The notes beneath the pieces are model-generated. The model saw nothing but the letters and a program-made list of their open reading frames with translations. It was not told where the DNA came from and made no database searches. A program made the translations under genes and the position numbers. A DNA stretch of 64,000 nucleotides from an uncultured delta proteobacterium (GTDB lineage: Bacteria > Desulfobacterota > Binatia > Binatales > Binataceae). The stretch covers positions 352,001 to 416,000 of the forward strand of contig CAWJET010000001.1 of the NCBI GenBank assembly GCA_963842085.1, written 5' to 3'. Positions 20,259 through 29,588 of this stretch are shown piece after piece. Each line of letters opens with the position of its first letter. Positions within the stretch are counted from its first letter, which is position 1.

Positions 20259-21164
20259 TCAGACGTTAATCCAGGGCGTAACCAGGATGTACTTGATGTT
20301 GAGCGCGTGCCGCAGCGCCATCTTGATGAACACGCCGGCCATCGCGAGCAGCAGAAATCCGGTGATGCCGAAGCGCACCGGTCCCCACTTCTCGAGGATC
20401 TCGGGACCGCCGCCGGGAAACGCCGACCAGCGATCGCCCGCCGGCCGCGATCGTATCCAGAAATACAGCGCCGCGTACCCAACCACGAAGTAGCCGAGTA
20501 TCAGAAACAAGCCGAACAGCGCCGACGCCAGGTAGTCGCGGAAACCGAACATGTACGGCAAATCGACGTTGGTCAGCGCCTCGACCATATGCGGATCCCA
20601 GACCTGGCCGGGCCAGAACCAGTTCCAGCCGGGGCCGCGGAAAAACGTGCCGATGATGATGAACGACACCCACAGGATGTGGAAGCCGACGAAAAAAGTC
20701 ATGATCTCGAACCATCGCTCGCGCAAGGTGTAGTAGCCGTTACCTTTCGGATTGATGTCGAGATACGGGATCAGCATCAGGCCCACGATAATGAAGCTCG
20801 GCAGCACCACGCCCGCATACCACGGGTCGAAGAACACCAGCATTTCCTGCAAGCCCAGGAAGTACCACGGCGCCTTGGACGGATTGGGCGTGCGGGTCGG
20901 ATTCGACGGCTGCTCGAGCGGCGCGTTGAGCATCAGCGACCACACCGTCAACACGATGATGACCAGGATCGACATCAGGAATTCGTTGCGCACCAGGAAC
21001 GGCCAGGTATGCAGCTTCTCCTCGACGCCGCCGCCCGCCTTCTTGATCGGGACTTCGATGCGCTTGCCGCCCGCAGCCGGCGGCCTGGCGGCAGCTCCGC
21101 CGGCGCCCGCTCCCGCCGCCGCGCGCATCACGATTCCGCCTTCGTTACCTTCCGGGCTTGCCAT
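20259..21164 (-). CDS. cytochrome b C-terminal / subunit IV-like protein
   Basis: HTWPFLV, APLEQPSNPTRTPNPSKAPWYFLGLQE (PEWY-equivalent region), IPYLD. Confidence 0.85.
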   Translation of the reverse strand: MASPEGNEGGIVMRAAAGAGAGGAAARPPAAGGKRIEVPIKKAGGGVEEKLHTWPFLVRNEFLMSILVIIVLTVWSLMLNAPLEQPSNPTRTPNPSKAPWYFLGLQEMLVFFDPWYAGVVLPSFIIVGLMLIPYLDINPKGNGYYTLRERWFEIMTFFVGFHILWVSFIIIGTFFRGPGWNWFWPGQVWDPHMVEALTNVDLPYMFGFRDYLASALFGLFLILGYFVVGYAALYFWIRSRPAGDRWSAFPGGGPEILEKWGPVRFGITGFLLLAMAGVFIKMALRHALNIKYILVTPWINV

Positions 21165-21186
21165 GATTAATCCCTTAGCAAGGTGC

Positions 21187-21321
21187 TCAGTTCTCGTCGT
21201 CGGTCCACGGCGGCGGTGCCGCCAGCCGGTACATTATATACAGCAGGATCGACATTGCGATCGGCACCGACAGCACCCGCACGATTCCCTGGTGCAGCAG
21301 CCATGAAAATACGTCTCCCAT
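21187..21321 (-). CDS. 44-aa single-TM small protein in the bc operon
   Basis: Manual translation MGDVFSWLLHQGIVRVLSVPIAMSILLYIMYRLAAPPPWTDDEN*; GAGG RBS. Confidence 0.65.
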   Translation of the reverse strand: MGDVFSWLLHQGIVRVLSVPIAMSILLYIMYRLAAPPPWTDDEN

Positions 21322-21339
21322 CCAGCGCCTCGACCAGTC

Positions 21340-22113
21340 CTAGAGCGGCCCCGACATGCCGTCGCGCCGGATTCGCCAGAAATGCACCGCCATGAAGATG
21401 CTCGCGATCAACGGAAAAAAGATGCAGTGCAAAATGTAGAAGCGCAGCAGCGTGTGCGGCCCGATTTCCGCGCCGCCGAAAATAAATGCGCGCGCGTCGT
21501 AAATCGGATTCACTCCCAGTAATTCATGGAACGGGCCGCCATGCCCGAGCAGCGGAGTCGCGCGCGCCATGTTCGAGCCGACCGTCACTGCCCATATCGA
21601 AAGCTGATCCCACGGCAGCAGGTATCCGGTGAACGACAGCAACAGCGTCAGCACCAGCAGGATCACGCCGACCACCCAGTTGAACTCGCGCGGCGGCTTG
21701 TACGAGCCGGTCATGAACACGCGGAACATGTGCAGCCAGACCGCGATCACCATTCCGTGCGCGGCCCATCGATGCATGTTGCGCATCAGCATGCCGAACG
21801 GCATGTCGAACTCGAGGTACTTCATGTCGGCGTAGGCGTATTCCGCCGTCGGCCGGTAGTAGAACATCAGGTACACGCCGGTCACCACCGTCACCAGGAA
21901 AAGCAGAAAGGTGATGCCGCCCATGCACCAGGTGAAGCGCAGGCGCACGGTATGCTTCTGCACTTTCGACGGATGCAGATGGAGCCACACGTTGCCGGAG
22001 ACCATCAGGATCCGGTTGCGCGGCGTGTCTTCGTAGCCGTGCCTGAATATCGACTGCCAGGCCTGCGAATCGGTTATCTGGCGCTTCGTTTCGTTCCAGT
22101 CGAACTTAGCCAT
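21340..22113 (-). CDS. cytochrome b6-like N-terminal subunit
   Basis: WCMGGITF (heme ci Cys position), RNMHRWAAH, HMFRVF, PREFNW, TGYLLPWDQ, RFYILHC. Confidence 0.93.
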   Translation of the reverse strand: MAKFDWNETKRQITDSQAWQSIFRHGYEDTPRNRILMVSGNVWLHLHPSKVQKHTVRLRFTWCMGGITFLLFLVTVVTGVYLMFYYRPTAEYAYADMKYLEFDMPFGMLMRNMHRWAAHGMVIAVWLHMFRVFMTGSYKPPREFNWVVGVILLVLTLLLSFTGYLLPWDQLSIWAVTVGSNMARATPLLGHGGPFHELLGVNPIYDARAFIFGGAEIGPHTLLRFYILHCIFFPLIASIFMAVHFWRIRRDGMSGPL

Positions 22114-22331
22114 CCGCTACCAAACTCCCCGGAGCGGCCCGCGGGCGCTCGCAGCAATCCAAATACCGCGAAAGAGCAAAAAATTCCAACCCTTACGATT
22201 TTTGTGTTCGCAATTCTGCGCGAAATCCGGCGTAAGGCTACCTAATTTCGCCCGATCTCTGCAACAAAGAGGACTCATTGAATGAGGTATTTTGGATGTC
22301 TAGTCTCTCTCCGTCCGCCGGAGCACGTTTT

Positions 22332-22415
22332 TTCCCCTCTCCCGATGGGAGAGGTCGACGCTCGCCTGCGAGCGTCGGGTGAGGGACCTTGTTAAGCGCG
22401 CGTTTCGCGCGCGAC
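22332..22415 (+). repeat. REP-like palindromic repeat, left of DUF559 gene
   Basis: CCCCTCTCCC-GAT-GGGAGAGG...GGTGAGGGACCTT; inverted copy at 22837-22908. Confidence 0.8.
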
Positions 22416-22476
22416 TTACGATTTCTGTTCTCTGCGGGCCTGGTTTTTTCCTGCGACGCTGCAAAAGTTCAGAATC

Positions 22477-22836
22477 GTGCCCTCGTCCGAAGCATCTCAC
22501 GAAACCGCTCGCAGATTGCGCCGCGAGCAAACTCCCGCCGAGCAAGTTTTATGGCGTCATCTGCGAGGCCAGCGTATGTCCAACGTGAAGTTCCGCCGCC
22601 AACATCCGATCGGCCCCTGCTTCGCCGACTTCTGCTCGATTGAACGCCGTCTGATCGTCGAACTCGATGGTGGACAGCACGCCGACCAATCCGCTGAAGA
22701 CGAAGTTCGCAGCTCCTTTCTCAACTCGTACGGCTACCGAGTCCTGCGCTTCGGGAATTACCAGGTGCTATACAACATCCGGGAAGTGCTCGACGAAATC
22801 GAAAAAGTCCTGAGCTCTGATTCTTCAGAATCTTGA
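22477..22836 (+). CDS. DUF559 / Vsr-like endonuclease domain protein
   Basis: ARRLRREQTPAEQVLW, KFRRQHPIG, DF...LIVELDGGQH, GYRVLRF. Confidence 0.9.
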   Translation: MPSSEASHETARRLRREQTPAEQVLWRHLRGQRMSNVKFRRQHPIGPCFADFCSIERRLIVELDGGQHADQSAEDEVRSSFLNSYGYRVLRFGNYQVLYNIREVLDEIEKVLSSDSSES

Positions 22837-22908
22837 ATCGCGCGCGAAGCGAGTCGCGCGCTGAATAAGGTCCCTCACCTTCGATCCTCTCCCTCCGGGA
22901 GAGGGGAA
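22837..22908 (-). repeat. REP-like palindromic repeat, right of DUF559 gene (inverted)
   Basis: AAGGTCCCTCACC-TTCGAT-CCTCTCCCTCCGGGAGAGGGG is the reverse complement of the left element. Confidence 0.8.
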
Positions 22909-22920
22909 GAAAGTCCTCTC

Positions 22921-23313
22921 CTATAACTGCGGCTTGCCGGAGCCGCGGCGGAAGCGGCCGAAGAGTGCGACGATCAAGCCCCACAGCACCATCAGGATTG
23001 CGATCCCGATTACGCCGAGGCCGACACCGGCCAGAATTCCCGTCGCGCACAGCACAGCACCGATGACGAACAGCGGGATTGCGAATGCGATCGGGTTGAA
23101 CGGGTCGTTGCGCGCCGCCCGCGCGACCATCGCCGCCGCCTGCTCTGCCGTACCCGCATCTTCGTTGCTCTCTTTGAGCAGGCTCACCGCGTAGTCGGTA
23201 AGTTCCTGGCGATTGGGCATCGCGCGGAGACGGTCGGCGAGCTCTCGGGCGAGCTCCTCGACGCGTTCGTCGTTCTCCTGGGAGTCGGGGTCGGGTTTGT
23301 TCGATTCAGCCAC
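22921..23313 (-). CDS. hypothetical membrane protein (two C-terminal TMs)
   Basis: 130-aa ORF, 46 bp downstream of the HgcAB-like gene. Confidence 0.7.
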   Translation of the reverse strand: MAESNKPDPDSQENDERVEELARELADRLRAMPNRQELTDYAVSLLKESNEDAGTAEQAAAMVARAARNDPFNPIAFAIPLFVIGAVLCATGILAGVGLGVIGIAILMVLWGLIVALFGRFRRGSGKPQL

Positions 23314-23359
23314 GCTGCACTTGCTTCTCGCTCGCGGCTAACACCTATCGAACATGAGA

Positions 23360-24478
23360 TCAGGTTGTCAACGTAGCACCCGCTCCTCCCGCATCCACGG
23401 TTCTCTTGCCAAGAAGATTGAGCTTGAAGCGCCGGATCGTCTCGGGTTCGATTCGATTTCCGCTCTCATCTTCGAACGCAAGAGCGTCGGTGGGACACTG
23501 CACGACGCAGGCGCCGCACCTGATGCAGCGGTCGCTGCGGGCAATTTCGACCTTGCGCACATCTTCACGCTTGTCGAAGCATGCCTCGGGACAGACTTGC
23601 CAGCAGAAATAAACGCCCTTGCAGCGATCCAGGTCCAGCTTGATGTGCCAGCGCGCCTCCTTGAAATGGCTGCCGCCCTCGATCGGCGTGGAACCCGAAT
23701 AATCGAAAGTGAGCAGCGCCGAGAACGCGATGCCGGCGAGCGGAGCGGCGATGAGCGCCGCGGTGCCTGCGCCGGCAATGGCCGCCAGTGCAAGCGGCGT
23801 CAACGATGCGATGAGCGCCAGGCGAATGAAGCTTTGCCGCAGAAGGCGATCGTAAACCGTGAAGACCGCGATCGCGAGCGCCCACACCATCGCAATCAAC
23901 GGCAACAGCCACGACGGACGAAGCGCGAGAACCGGAATCGCCGCCAGCAGCGTCATCGGCACAGCCCATACCGTCGCCATCTCGAGCCGTTCCCGAATCC
24001 CGAATTGGACGTGACGCATGTCGTCGGTTTTCTGTTCGTGCTGCGCCAGGTAGCGGGGAATGTCGTTGGCATAGACGGGGCCGAATTTTACCTGCCAGTG
24101 GGAACGGCGCTCGACTTCGCGCGCGAGCACGCCCGTCGCCGCCAGTTGCGGCAGGATGGCCCGGCGATGCTGGACCCGCTCGGCGACACCCGAGGTCTTG
24201 AGCGCGGTGACGACCTGATGGGTGCTCAGGTGGCCTCCGGAAGCGGCGCACCAGACATTGATTCCGCTGGACGGGGCGACCACCAGCCACGCGTCCACGC
24301 CGCGCATCGCGCGCATCACGCGCCTGACGGTGAGGTCGAAGTTGCAGGTTATCAGCACTGGACTCAGCGGGCCGGGCTTGCCGATCTGCCGCAGCCCCGG
24401 TTCGGTCGGCCACGGCGCCAGGCGAAATCCCGTTTGCAGCGCGTCTCGTGCGAGATCGGAAATCGTTTGAAGAATCAT
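23360..24478 (-). CDS. HgcAB-like fusion protein (corrinoid domain + TM helices + ferredoxin)
   Basis: PGLRQIG, SPVLITCNF, GINVWCAASGG cap helix, ILPQLAATGV, GPV; TM block; CKGVYFCWQVCP and CIRCGACVVQCP. Confidence 0.88.
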   Translation of the reverse strand: MILQTISDLARDALQTGFRLAPWPTEPGLRQIGKPGPLSPVLITCNFDLTVRRVMRAMRGVDAWLVVAPSSGINVWCAASGGHLSTHQVVTALKTSGVAERVQHRRAILPQLAATGVLAREVERRSHWQVKFGPVYANDIPRYLAQHEQKTDDMRHVQFGIRERLEMATVWAVPMTLLAAIPVLALRPSWLLPLIAMVWALAIAVFTVYDRLLRQSFIRLALIASLTPLALAAIAGAGTAALIAAPLAGIAFSALLTFDYSGSTPIEGGSHFKEARWHIKLDLDRCKGVYFCWQVCPEACFDKREDVRKVEIARSDRCIRCGACVVQCPTDALAFEDESGNRIEPETIRRFKLNLLGKRTVDAGGAGATLTT

Positions 24479-25134
24479 TGTGGCCGCTCCGCAACTACTA
24501 CTGCGAGAGTTTCAAACAGCCATCGAGCTTCGCTGCGCAATACAAATCCCGCCGCCGCCACTTCTGCCGCGAGGTCCGCAATCGGGCGCGAGACCGACCC
24601 GACGATGACCCAGGCCAGCGCCGCCTGTGGGCCGCGAACGATGCCTTGCAACAGGCGCTTTGCGAACGAACGCGGCCGCACTTCATCGGCGATCACGATC
24701 GCGCCCCCGGGACGAAGCGCGTGGTATGCGCACTTGAGCACGAAGCCGCGTTCCTGGCGCGACATTTCCGACAGACTCAGGCTGGCGACCACCGCGTCGA
24801 AACTCTGCTCCGCAAACGCATCTATCTCGGAGGCCGTTCGTTCAATGAAGGTGATTGCTTGCGCCGGCGCGTTTGCGAGTCGCGAGCGCGCCCGTTCCAG
24901 CATCTCGGGATTCTGATCCAACGCGGTCACCCGGGCGCCGCGCGCGACCAGCGCTTCGGTCACCGCGCCGGTGCCGCATCCGATCTCGAGTACGCTTGCA
25001 CCAGGTGAAGGCGCCGCCGCGTCCGCCACGGCCTGACGAATTCGTCGGACTTTCCCCAGCGTCAGCACCCGCATGCCGGCGTCGTACCGCGCCGGCGCCG
25101 ACTCGAGCAGGCGCATCAGGGCGAGCGAGCTCAT
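24475..25134 (-). CDS. class I SAM methyltransferase (CpaM-like, corrinoid-protein associated)
   Basis: VLEIGCGTG motif I; N-terminus MSSLALMRLLESAPARYD; ATGA overlap with the HgcAB-like gene. Confidence 0.85.
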   Translation of the reverse strand: MSSLALMRLLESAPARYDAGMRVLTLGKVRRIRQAVADAAAPSPGASVLEIGCGTGAVTEALVARGARVTALDQNPEMLERARSRLANAPAQAITFIERTASEIDAFAEQSFDAVVASLSLSEMSRQERGFVLKCAYHALRPGGAIVIADEVRPRSFAKRLLQGIVRGPQAALAWVIVGSVSRPIADLAAEVAAAGFVLRSEARWLFETLAVVVAERPQ

Positions 25135-25715
25135 GACTGCAAAATCCTCCGGACGCAGCCAACCAGGAGACGGCGGGTCGCGGCTGCGTCGTCAAAGGCG
25201 GCTCCCTCGACTATCTTCAGCAACAGCAGCCCGTCGACCAGCGCGATCACGGCGGTGGCAGCCTCTTCCGGTCTGAGACTCGTGTCGATCTCAGCGCAAC
25301 GCTGCCCTTGCTCGATTAGCTCCGCCAGGTCGCGGCGAATTCGACCGAAGAACGGCTTGAAGCGCGCGCCCGACGCCGACCAGAGATCCAGCAGCATCTT
25401 GCCAATCGACGCCCAGTCGGCGAACAATTCCGCCAGCTTGCCGGTAAGCTGCTCGATCCGCCGGAGCGGACTTCCCTTCGTGTCGCGCAGCGCCCTTATG
25501 AACAAGCCTTCCTCTTCGGCGAGCAGGTCGCGCACCAGATCGCGCACCAGCGACGCCTTGTCCCGGTAGTAGTGATAGATGGACGCGCGGCCGATGCCTG
25601 CGGCTCTGGCCACATGGACCAGGCCGACAGCTTCGACCCCGCGCCGCGCGAACACCCGCCGCGCGGCGGTGCGGATGGTTTTACGCTGGACCTCGCGATC
25701 GACTATTTTCGGCAT
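25131..25715 (-). CDS. TetR/AcrR family regulator
   Basis: VARAAGIGRASIYHYYRDK HTH; ATGA overlap with the methyltransferase. Confidence 0.92.
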   Translation of the reverse strand: MPKIVDREVQRKTIRTAARRVFARRGVEAVGLVHVARAAGIGRASIYHYYRDKASLVRDLVRDLLAEEEGLFIRALRDTKGSPLRRIEQLTGKLAELFADWASIGKMLLDLWSASGARFKPFFGRIRRDLAELIEQGQRCAEIDTSLRPEEAATAVIALVDGLLLLKIVEGAAFDDAAATRRLLVGCVRRILQS

Positions 25716-25724
25716 AACTGTCTA

Positions 25725-25758
25725 TTTCGACAGTAATGTCGAAAACAGCCTATGTCAA
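25725..25758 (-). promoter_or_regulatory. sigma70 promoter with overlapping TetR-type operator
   Basis: TTGACA-17-TACTGT on the minus strand; perfect palindrome TTTCGACA-GTAA-TGTCGAAA (25725-25744) over the -10. Confidence 0.8.
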
Positions 25759-25787
25759 CATATAGGAGCCGGTGCGCGGACTCCCCT

Positions 25788-28268
25788 TCAGAGTTCCACT
25801 CTTCGCAATCTGAGTGCGTTGGTGATTACTGACACGGAGCTCATGCTCATCGCGGCGCTCGCGATTACTGGACTCAGCAGCAGGCCGAATACGGGATAGA
25901 GAACGCCCGCGGCGATAGGTATCCCAAGCGTGTTGTAGATGAACGCAAAGAAAAGATTCTGCCGGATGTTGCGCATCGTCGCGCGGCTCAGGCGCCGCGC
26001 TTTCGCGATTCCGCGCAGGTCGCCCTTGACCAGCGTCACGCCCGCGCTCTCCATCGCGACGTCGGTGCCCGTGCCCATCGCGATACCAACCTGCGCCTGC
26101 GCCAGCGCGGGTGCGTCGTTGATACCGTCGCCCGCCATCGCGACGATTCGCCCTTCCGACTGCAATCGCTTCACCACCGCGGCCTTCCGATCGGGCAACA
26201 CCTCCGCCTCGACCTGATCGATGCCGAGTTTGTTCGCAACCGCCGCCGCTGTGACTCGATTGTCGCCGGTCAGCACGACGATCTTGACGCCATCATCCTG
26301 CAGCATCTTGAGTGCTTCCGCAGTTGACGCCTTGATTGGATCGGCCACGCCGATGAGTCCCGCGGGGCGGCCGTCGATCGCGACGAACATCACGGTCTGT
26401 CCATCTTTTCGCTGCGCGTCGGCATCGGCGGAAACCGCGTCGATAGCAACGCCCAGCCCGCGCATCATGTGCTGATTTCCAAGCGCGACTGCGCGGCCCT
26501 CGATTCGCCCGCTGACGCCTTCGCCGGTCACCGACTTGAAGTCCTCTGCCGGCGCGAGCGTCAACTTGCGCTCTTCTGCGCCTGCGACAATCGCAGCCGC
26601 CAGTGGATGCTCACTGCCGCGCTCGAGGCTGGCGGCGAGCCGCAAAACGTCGGCCTCGGTGAAACCGTCGAGCGCGGCGGTCGAGACCAGGCGCGGTTTT
26701 CCTTCGGTCAGCGTCCCGGTCTTATCGACCACGAGCGTGTTCACCTTTTCGAGAGTCTCGAGCGCTTCGGCGTTTTTGATCAGCACGCCCGCGGTCGCGC
26801 CGCGCCCCGTGCCAACCATGATCGACATTGGCGTTGCGAGGCCGAGCGCGCAGGGACACGCGATGATCAGCACCGCGACCGCGTTCACCAGCGCATAGGC
26901 CATCCGCGGTTGCGGACCGACCATCGCCCATACGACGAACGTAATCACGGCCGAGACCACGACGGCCGGGACGAAATACGACGCGACCACATCGGCGAGC
27001 CGCTGGATCGGTGCGCGGCTGCGTTGCGCCTCGCTCACCATGCGGACGATCTGCGCGAGCAGCGTATCGCTGCCGACCCGCTCGGCGCGCATGATAAATC
27101 CGCCGGTGCCGTTGATGGTCGCGCCGATCAGGCGGTCGCCCGGTTTCTTTTCGACCGGGATTGGCTCGCCGGTAACCATCGACTCGTCAACCGAGCTGGT
27201 TCCCTCCTCTACGACGCCATCGACCGGGACTTTCTCGCCCGGCCGCACGCGCAACCGATCTCCCGGGGCGACGCGATCGAGCGCGATATCCTCTTCGCGG
27301 CCGTCGGGTCTGATCGCGCGCGCGGTCTTCGGCGCCAGTCCCAGCAGCGCTTTGATCGCGCTGCTGGTATTGCTTCGCGCGCGAAGTTCGAGGACCTGGC
27401 CAAGCAGCACCAACGCGGTGATAGCGGCGGCCGCCTCGAAGTAAACGGGGACGCTGCCATCGGCGGTGCGGAACGAATCGGGAAATAAATGCGGGAAGAC
27501 GGCTGCGATCAGGCTGTAACCGTAAGCGACGCCGATGCCCATCCCGATCAACGTGAACATGTTCAGGCTGCGGTTGACTAACGAATGCCAGCCGCGAACG
27601 AACAGCGGCGCGCCCGCCCACAGCACGGCCGGAGTTGCCAGCGCCAGCTCAATCCAGGTTCGGAGCGCCGCGGGCATTGCATGCTGCAACGGCTGGCCCG
27701 GTATCATGTCCGACATTTCGATCAAGATGAGCGGAAGCGCTAGCGCGACGCTTATCCAGAAGCGCCGCGTCATATCGGTCAGTTCCGGCGAGGCCTCCTC
27801 GCCGACAACTGCGACGCGCGGCTCCAGCGCCATCCCGCAGATTGGGCAATTGCCGGGCTCGGAGCGGACGATCTGCGGATGCATCGGGCAGACGTATTCG
27901 GTTTTCGAAACGGGCTGGATTGGCGCGAGAGACTCAAGCGCCATGCCGCATTTCGGGCACGACCCCGGATGGTCCTGGCGAATCTCGGGATGCATCGGGC
28001 ACGTGTAGATAGAAGCGCCTGCCGCGACTGGCAAAGGTGCGCGGGTCTTGGCCGGTGCCCTTTCAGGCACCCCGCGAGCCAGGACACCCTCAGGATCGTT
28101 TTTGAATTTCTCGAGACAGCGGAGACCGCAAAAGTGGTATGTCGTGCCCTTGTATTCGAACGATCCCTTGCTCTTCGCAGGATCGACCTGCATCCCGCAC
28201 ACCGGGTCGACAACTTTGCCGCTCGTCGGCGGCGTCACTTTGGTAGCAACTTTGGTCTCCGTATTCAT
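25788..28268 (-). CDS. copA: Cu(I)-translocating P1B-type ATPase with YHS and two CPMHP domains
   Basis: DPVCGM YHS, YxCPMHP x2, TGE, CPC, DKTGT, SEHP, GDGIND, YN and MSMSS. Confidence 0.95.
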   Translation of the reverse strand: MNTETKVATKVTPPTSGKVVDPVCGMQVDPAKSKGSFEYKGTTYHFCGLRCLEKFKNDPEGVLARGVPERAPAKTRAPLPVAAGASIYTCPMHPEIRQDHPGSCPKCGMALESLAPIQPVSKTEYVCPMHPQIVRSEPGNCPICGMALEPRVAVVGEEASPELTDMTRRFWISVALALPLILIEMSDMIPGQPLQHAMPAALRTWIELALATPAVLWAGAPLFVRGWHSLVNRSLNMFTLIGMGIGVAYGYSLIAAVFPHLFPDSFRTADGSVPVYFEAAAAITALVLLGQVLELRARSNTSSAIKALLGLAPKTARAIRPDGREEDIALDRVAPGDRLRVRPGEKVPVDGVVEEGTSSVDESMVTGEPIPVEKKPGDRLIGATINGTGGFIMRAERVGSDTLLAQIVRMVSEAQRSRAPIQRLADVVASYFVPAVVVSAVITFVVWAMVGPQPRMAYALVNAVAVLIIACPCALGLATPMSIMVGTGRGATAGVLIKNAEALETLEKVNTLVVDKTGTLTEGKPRLVSTAALDGFTEADVLRLAASLERGSEHPLAAAIVAGAEERKLTLAPAEDFKSVTGEGVSGRIEGRAVALGNQHMMRGLGVAIDAVSADADAQRKDGQTVMFVAIDGRPAGLIGVADPIKASTAEALKMLQDDGVKIVVLTGDNRVTAAAVANKLGIDQVEAEVLPDRKAAVVKRLQSEGRIVAMAGDGINDAPALAQAQVGIAMGTGTDVAMESAGVTLVKGDLRGIAKARRLSRATMRNIRQNLFFAFIYNTLGIPIAAGVLYPVFGLLLSPVIASAAMSMSSVSVITNALRLRRVEL

Positions 28269-28410
28269 ATCGAACGCTGTGCGCCGTCCCGCCATCGAAA
28301 ATCGCAGCGTTCAGCACCGCCCGCAACCGAGCCGCTGCGTTCGATCTCGGCGCCCGGCCCTTCGCCAATGTTTCTTTGCCCGGAGAAGCAACCGGCGCGA
28401 GCGCTGAATC

Positions 28411-28797
28411 CTACTTGCCCTGCTCCAGCTCCTGGCTGCGCTTCTCCATCAGCTCGCCCATTTCCTTCATCATCCGGCCGCGGATCTCCATCATCTGCGC
28501 GCGCGTCTTCGGGTCGTTCATCATCGTCTGCATCATCTGCATATCCATCATGCGGCCCGGCCCGCACATCATGCCGGGACCCATCATGCCGGGCCCGCCC
28601 ATCATGCCCGGCCCCATCTTCCCGGAGCCGCCCATCATCCCTTGCCCGCTCATCATGCCCGGTCCACCCATCATGCCCGGTCCCATTGGTTGCGATGGAG
28701 CCGGCGAACTAGCCGGCTGCCCAAATGCCAGCACCGAGGAAAGAATCAAAATACCAGTGACGCTCGCGAGACTGGCGACGAAGTGCCTGTCATTCAT
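28411..28797 (-). CDS. Met/Gly-rich secreted protein, probable Cu/Ag binder
   Basis: AGGAG RBS; signal peptide; repeated GPGMM units; upstream of copA. Confidence 0.75.
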   Translation of the reverse strand: MNDRHFVASLASVTGILILSSVLAFGQPASSPAPSQPMGPGMMGGPGMMSGQGMMGGSGKMGPGMMGGPGMMGPGMMCGPGRMMDMQMMQTMMNDPKTRAQMMEIRGRMMKEMGELMEKRSQELEQGK

Positions 28798-28970
28798 TTG
28801 TTGTTCTCCTGCCAGGGTTATATTCCCCGGGCTGTTGCGGCTGTCGCGGGTAAAGCTATCGGAGGCTGCGACGGCAGTTGATGCCAACACAGCCAAGGAG
28901 CTTGATAAGTAAGGTTACTACGGGACGCGCTCGCCGAAAACAGAGCGCGGCTAATCCGCGCGGTGGCGAC

Positions 28971-29588
28971 TCACGCGTTCTTGCGCGCGATGATCACTGA
29001 ATGCACCGACCAGCGGCTGATCTTTTCGTTGCGCTCGAGCGTGATCGGATGGCCCTTGAGCACGTCCCGCTTGCGCAGCCTGGTGGTCCATCCCAGTTGC
29101 CGCGTGATCGGATTGACGAGGGTGTTGAAGGCCGCGACCACCGGGTTGTCGCTCTGGAAATGCGTCGTGAGCGCGATCCGGCCGCCCGGCTTACACACCC
29201 GCACCATCTCCGACATCATCTTGTACGGATCTGGCACCACCGTCAGCACGTGAAACGAGGTGACGTAGTCGAAGCTGTTGTCGGGATAGTCGAGGTTCAG
29301 CGCGTCGCCCTGGCGCAGCTCGATATGGCCCCAGCCGTTTTCCTTCACGCGCTTGCGGGCATGCTCGAGCATGTCGGCCGACGGATCGATTGCAACGATG
29401 TGCGCGTACGGCGGATACCCGTCGAGCGCGATTCCGGTGCCGACGCCAACCTCGAGCACGCGGTTCCCGGGCCTGAGACTCAGGCTCTCGATAACCTCGT
29501 GCTCGCGGTCGACAAAAACACGGCCGAAGAAAAAATCGTAGAAGCGCGCCAGGTCGGAGTAGACACGGCTCTCATGCGGTTCGGACAT
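28971..29588 (-). CDS. class I SAM methyltransferase (PmtA-like)
   Basis: YDFFFG, VLEVGVGTG, VVPDP, RVCKPGG. Confidence 0.85.
   Translation of the reverse strand: MSEPHESRVYSDLARFYDFFFGRVFVDREHEVIESLSLRPGNRVLEVGVGTGIALDGYPPYAHIVAIDPSADMLEHARKRVKENGWGHIELRQGDALNLDYPDNSFDYVTSFHVLTVVPDPYKMMSEMVRVCKPGGRIALTTHFQSDNPVVAAFNTLVNPITRQLGWTTRLRKRDVLKGHPITLERNEKISRWSVHSVIIARKNA

Noticed and set aside
22274-22286. Palindrome CTCATT-G-AATGAG upstream of cytochrome b
   Set aside because: Short single instance; cannot be assigned to a regulator
23360-24478. Canonical hgcAB mercury methylation genes
   Set aside because: Fused architecture, cap helix reads AASGG rather than AAGK, and the HgcB terminal Cys pair is absent, so Hg methylation cannot be claimed
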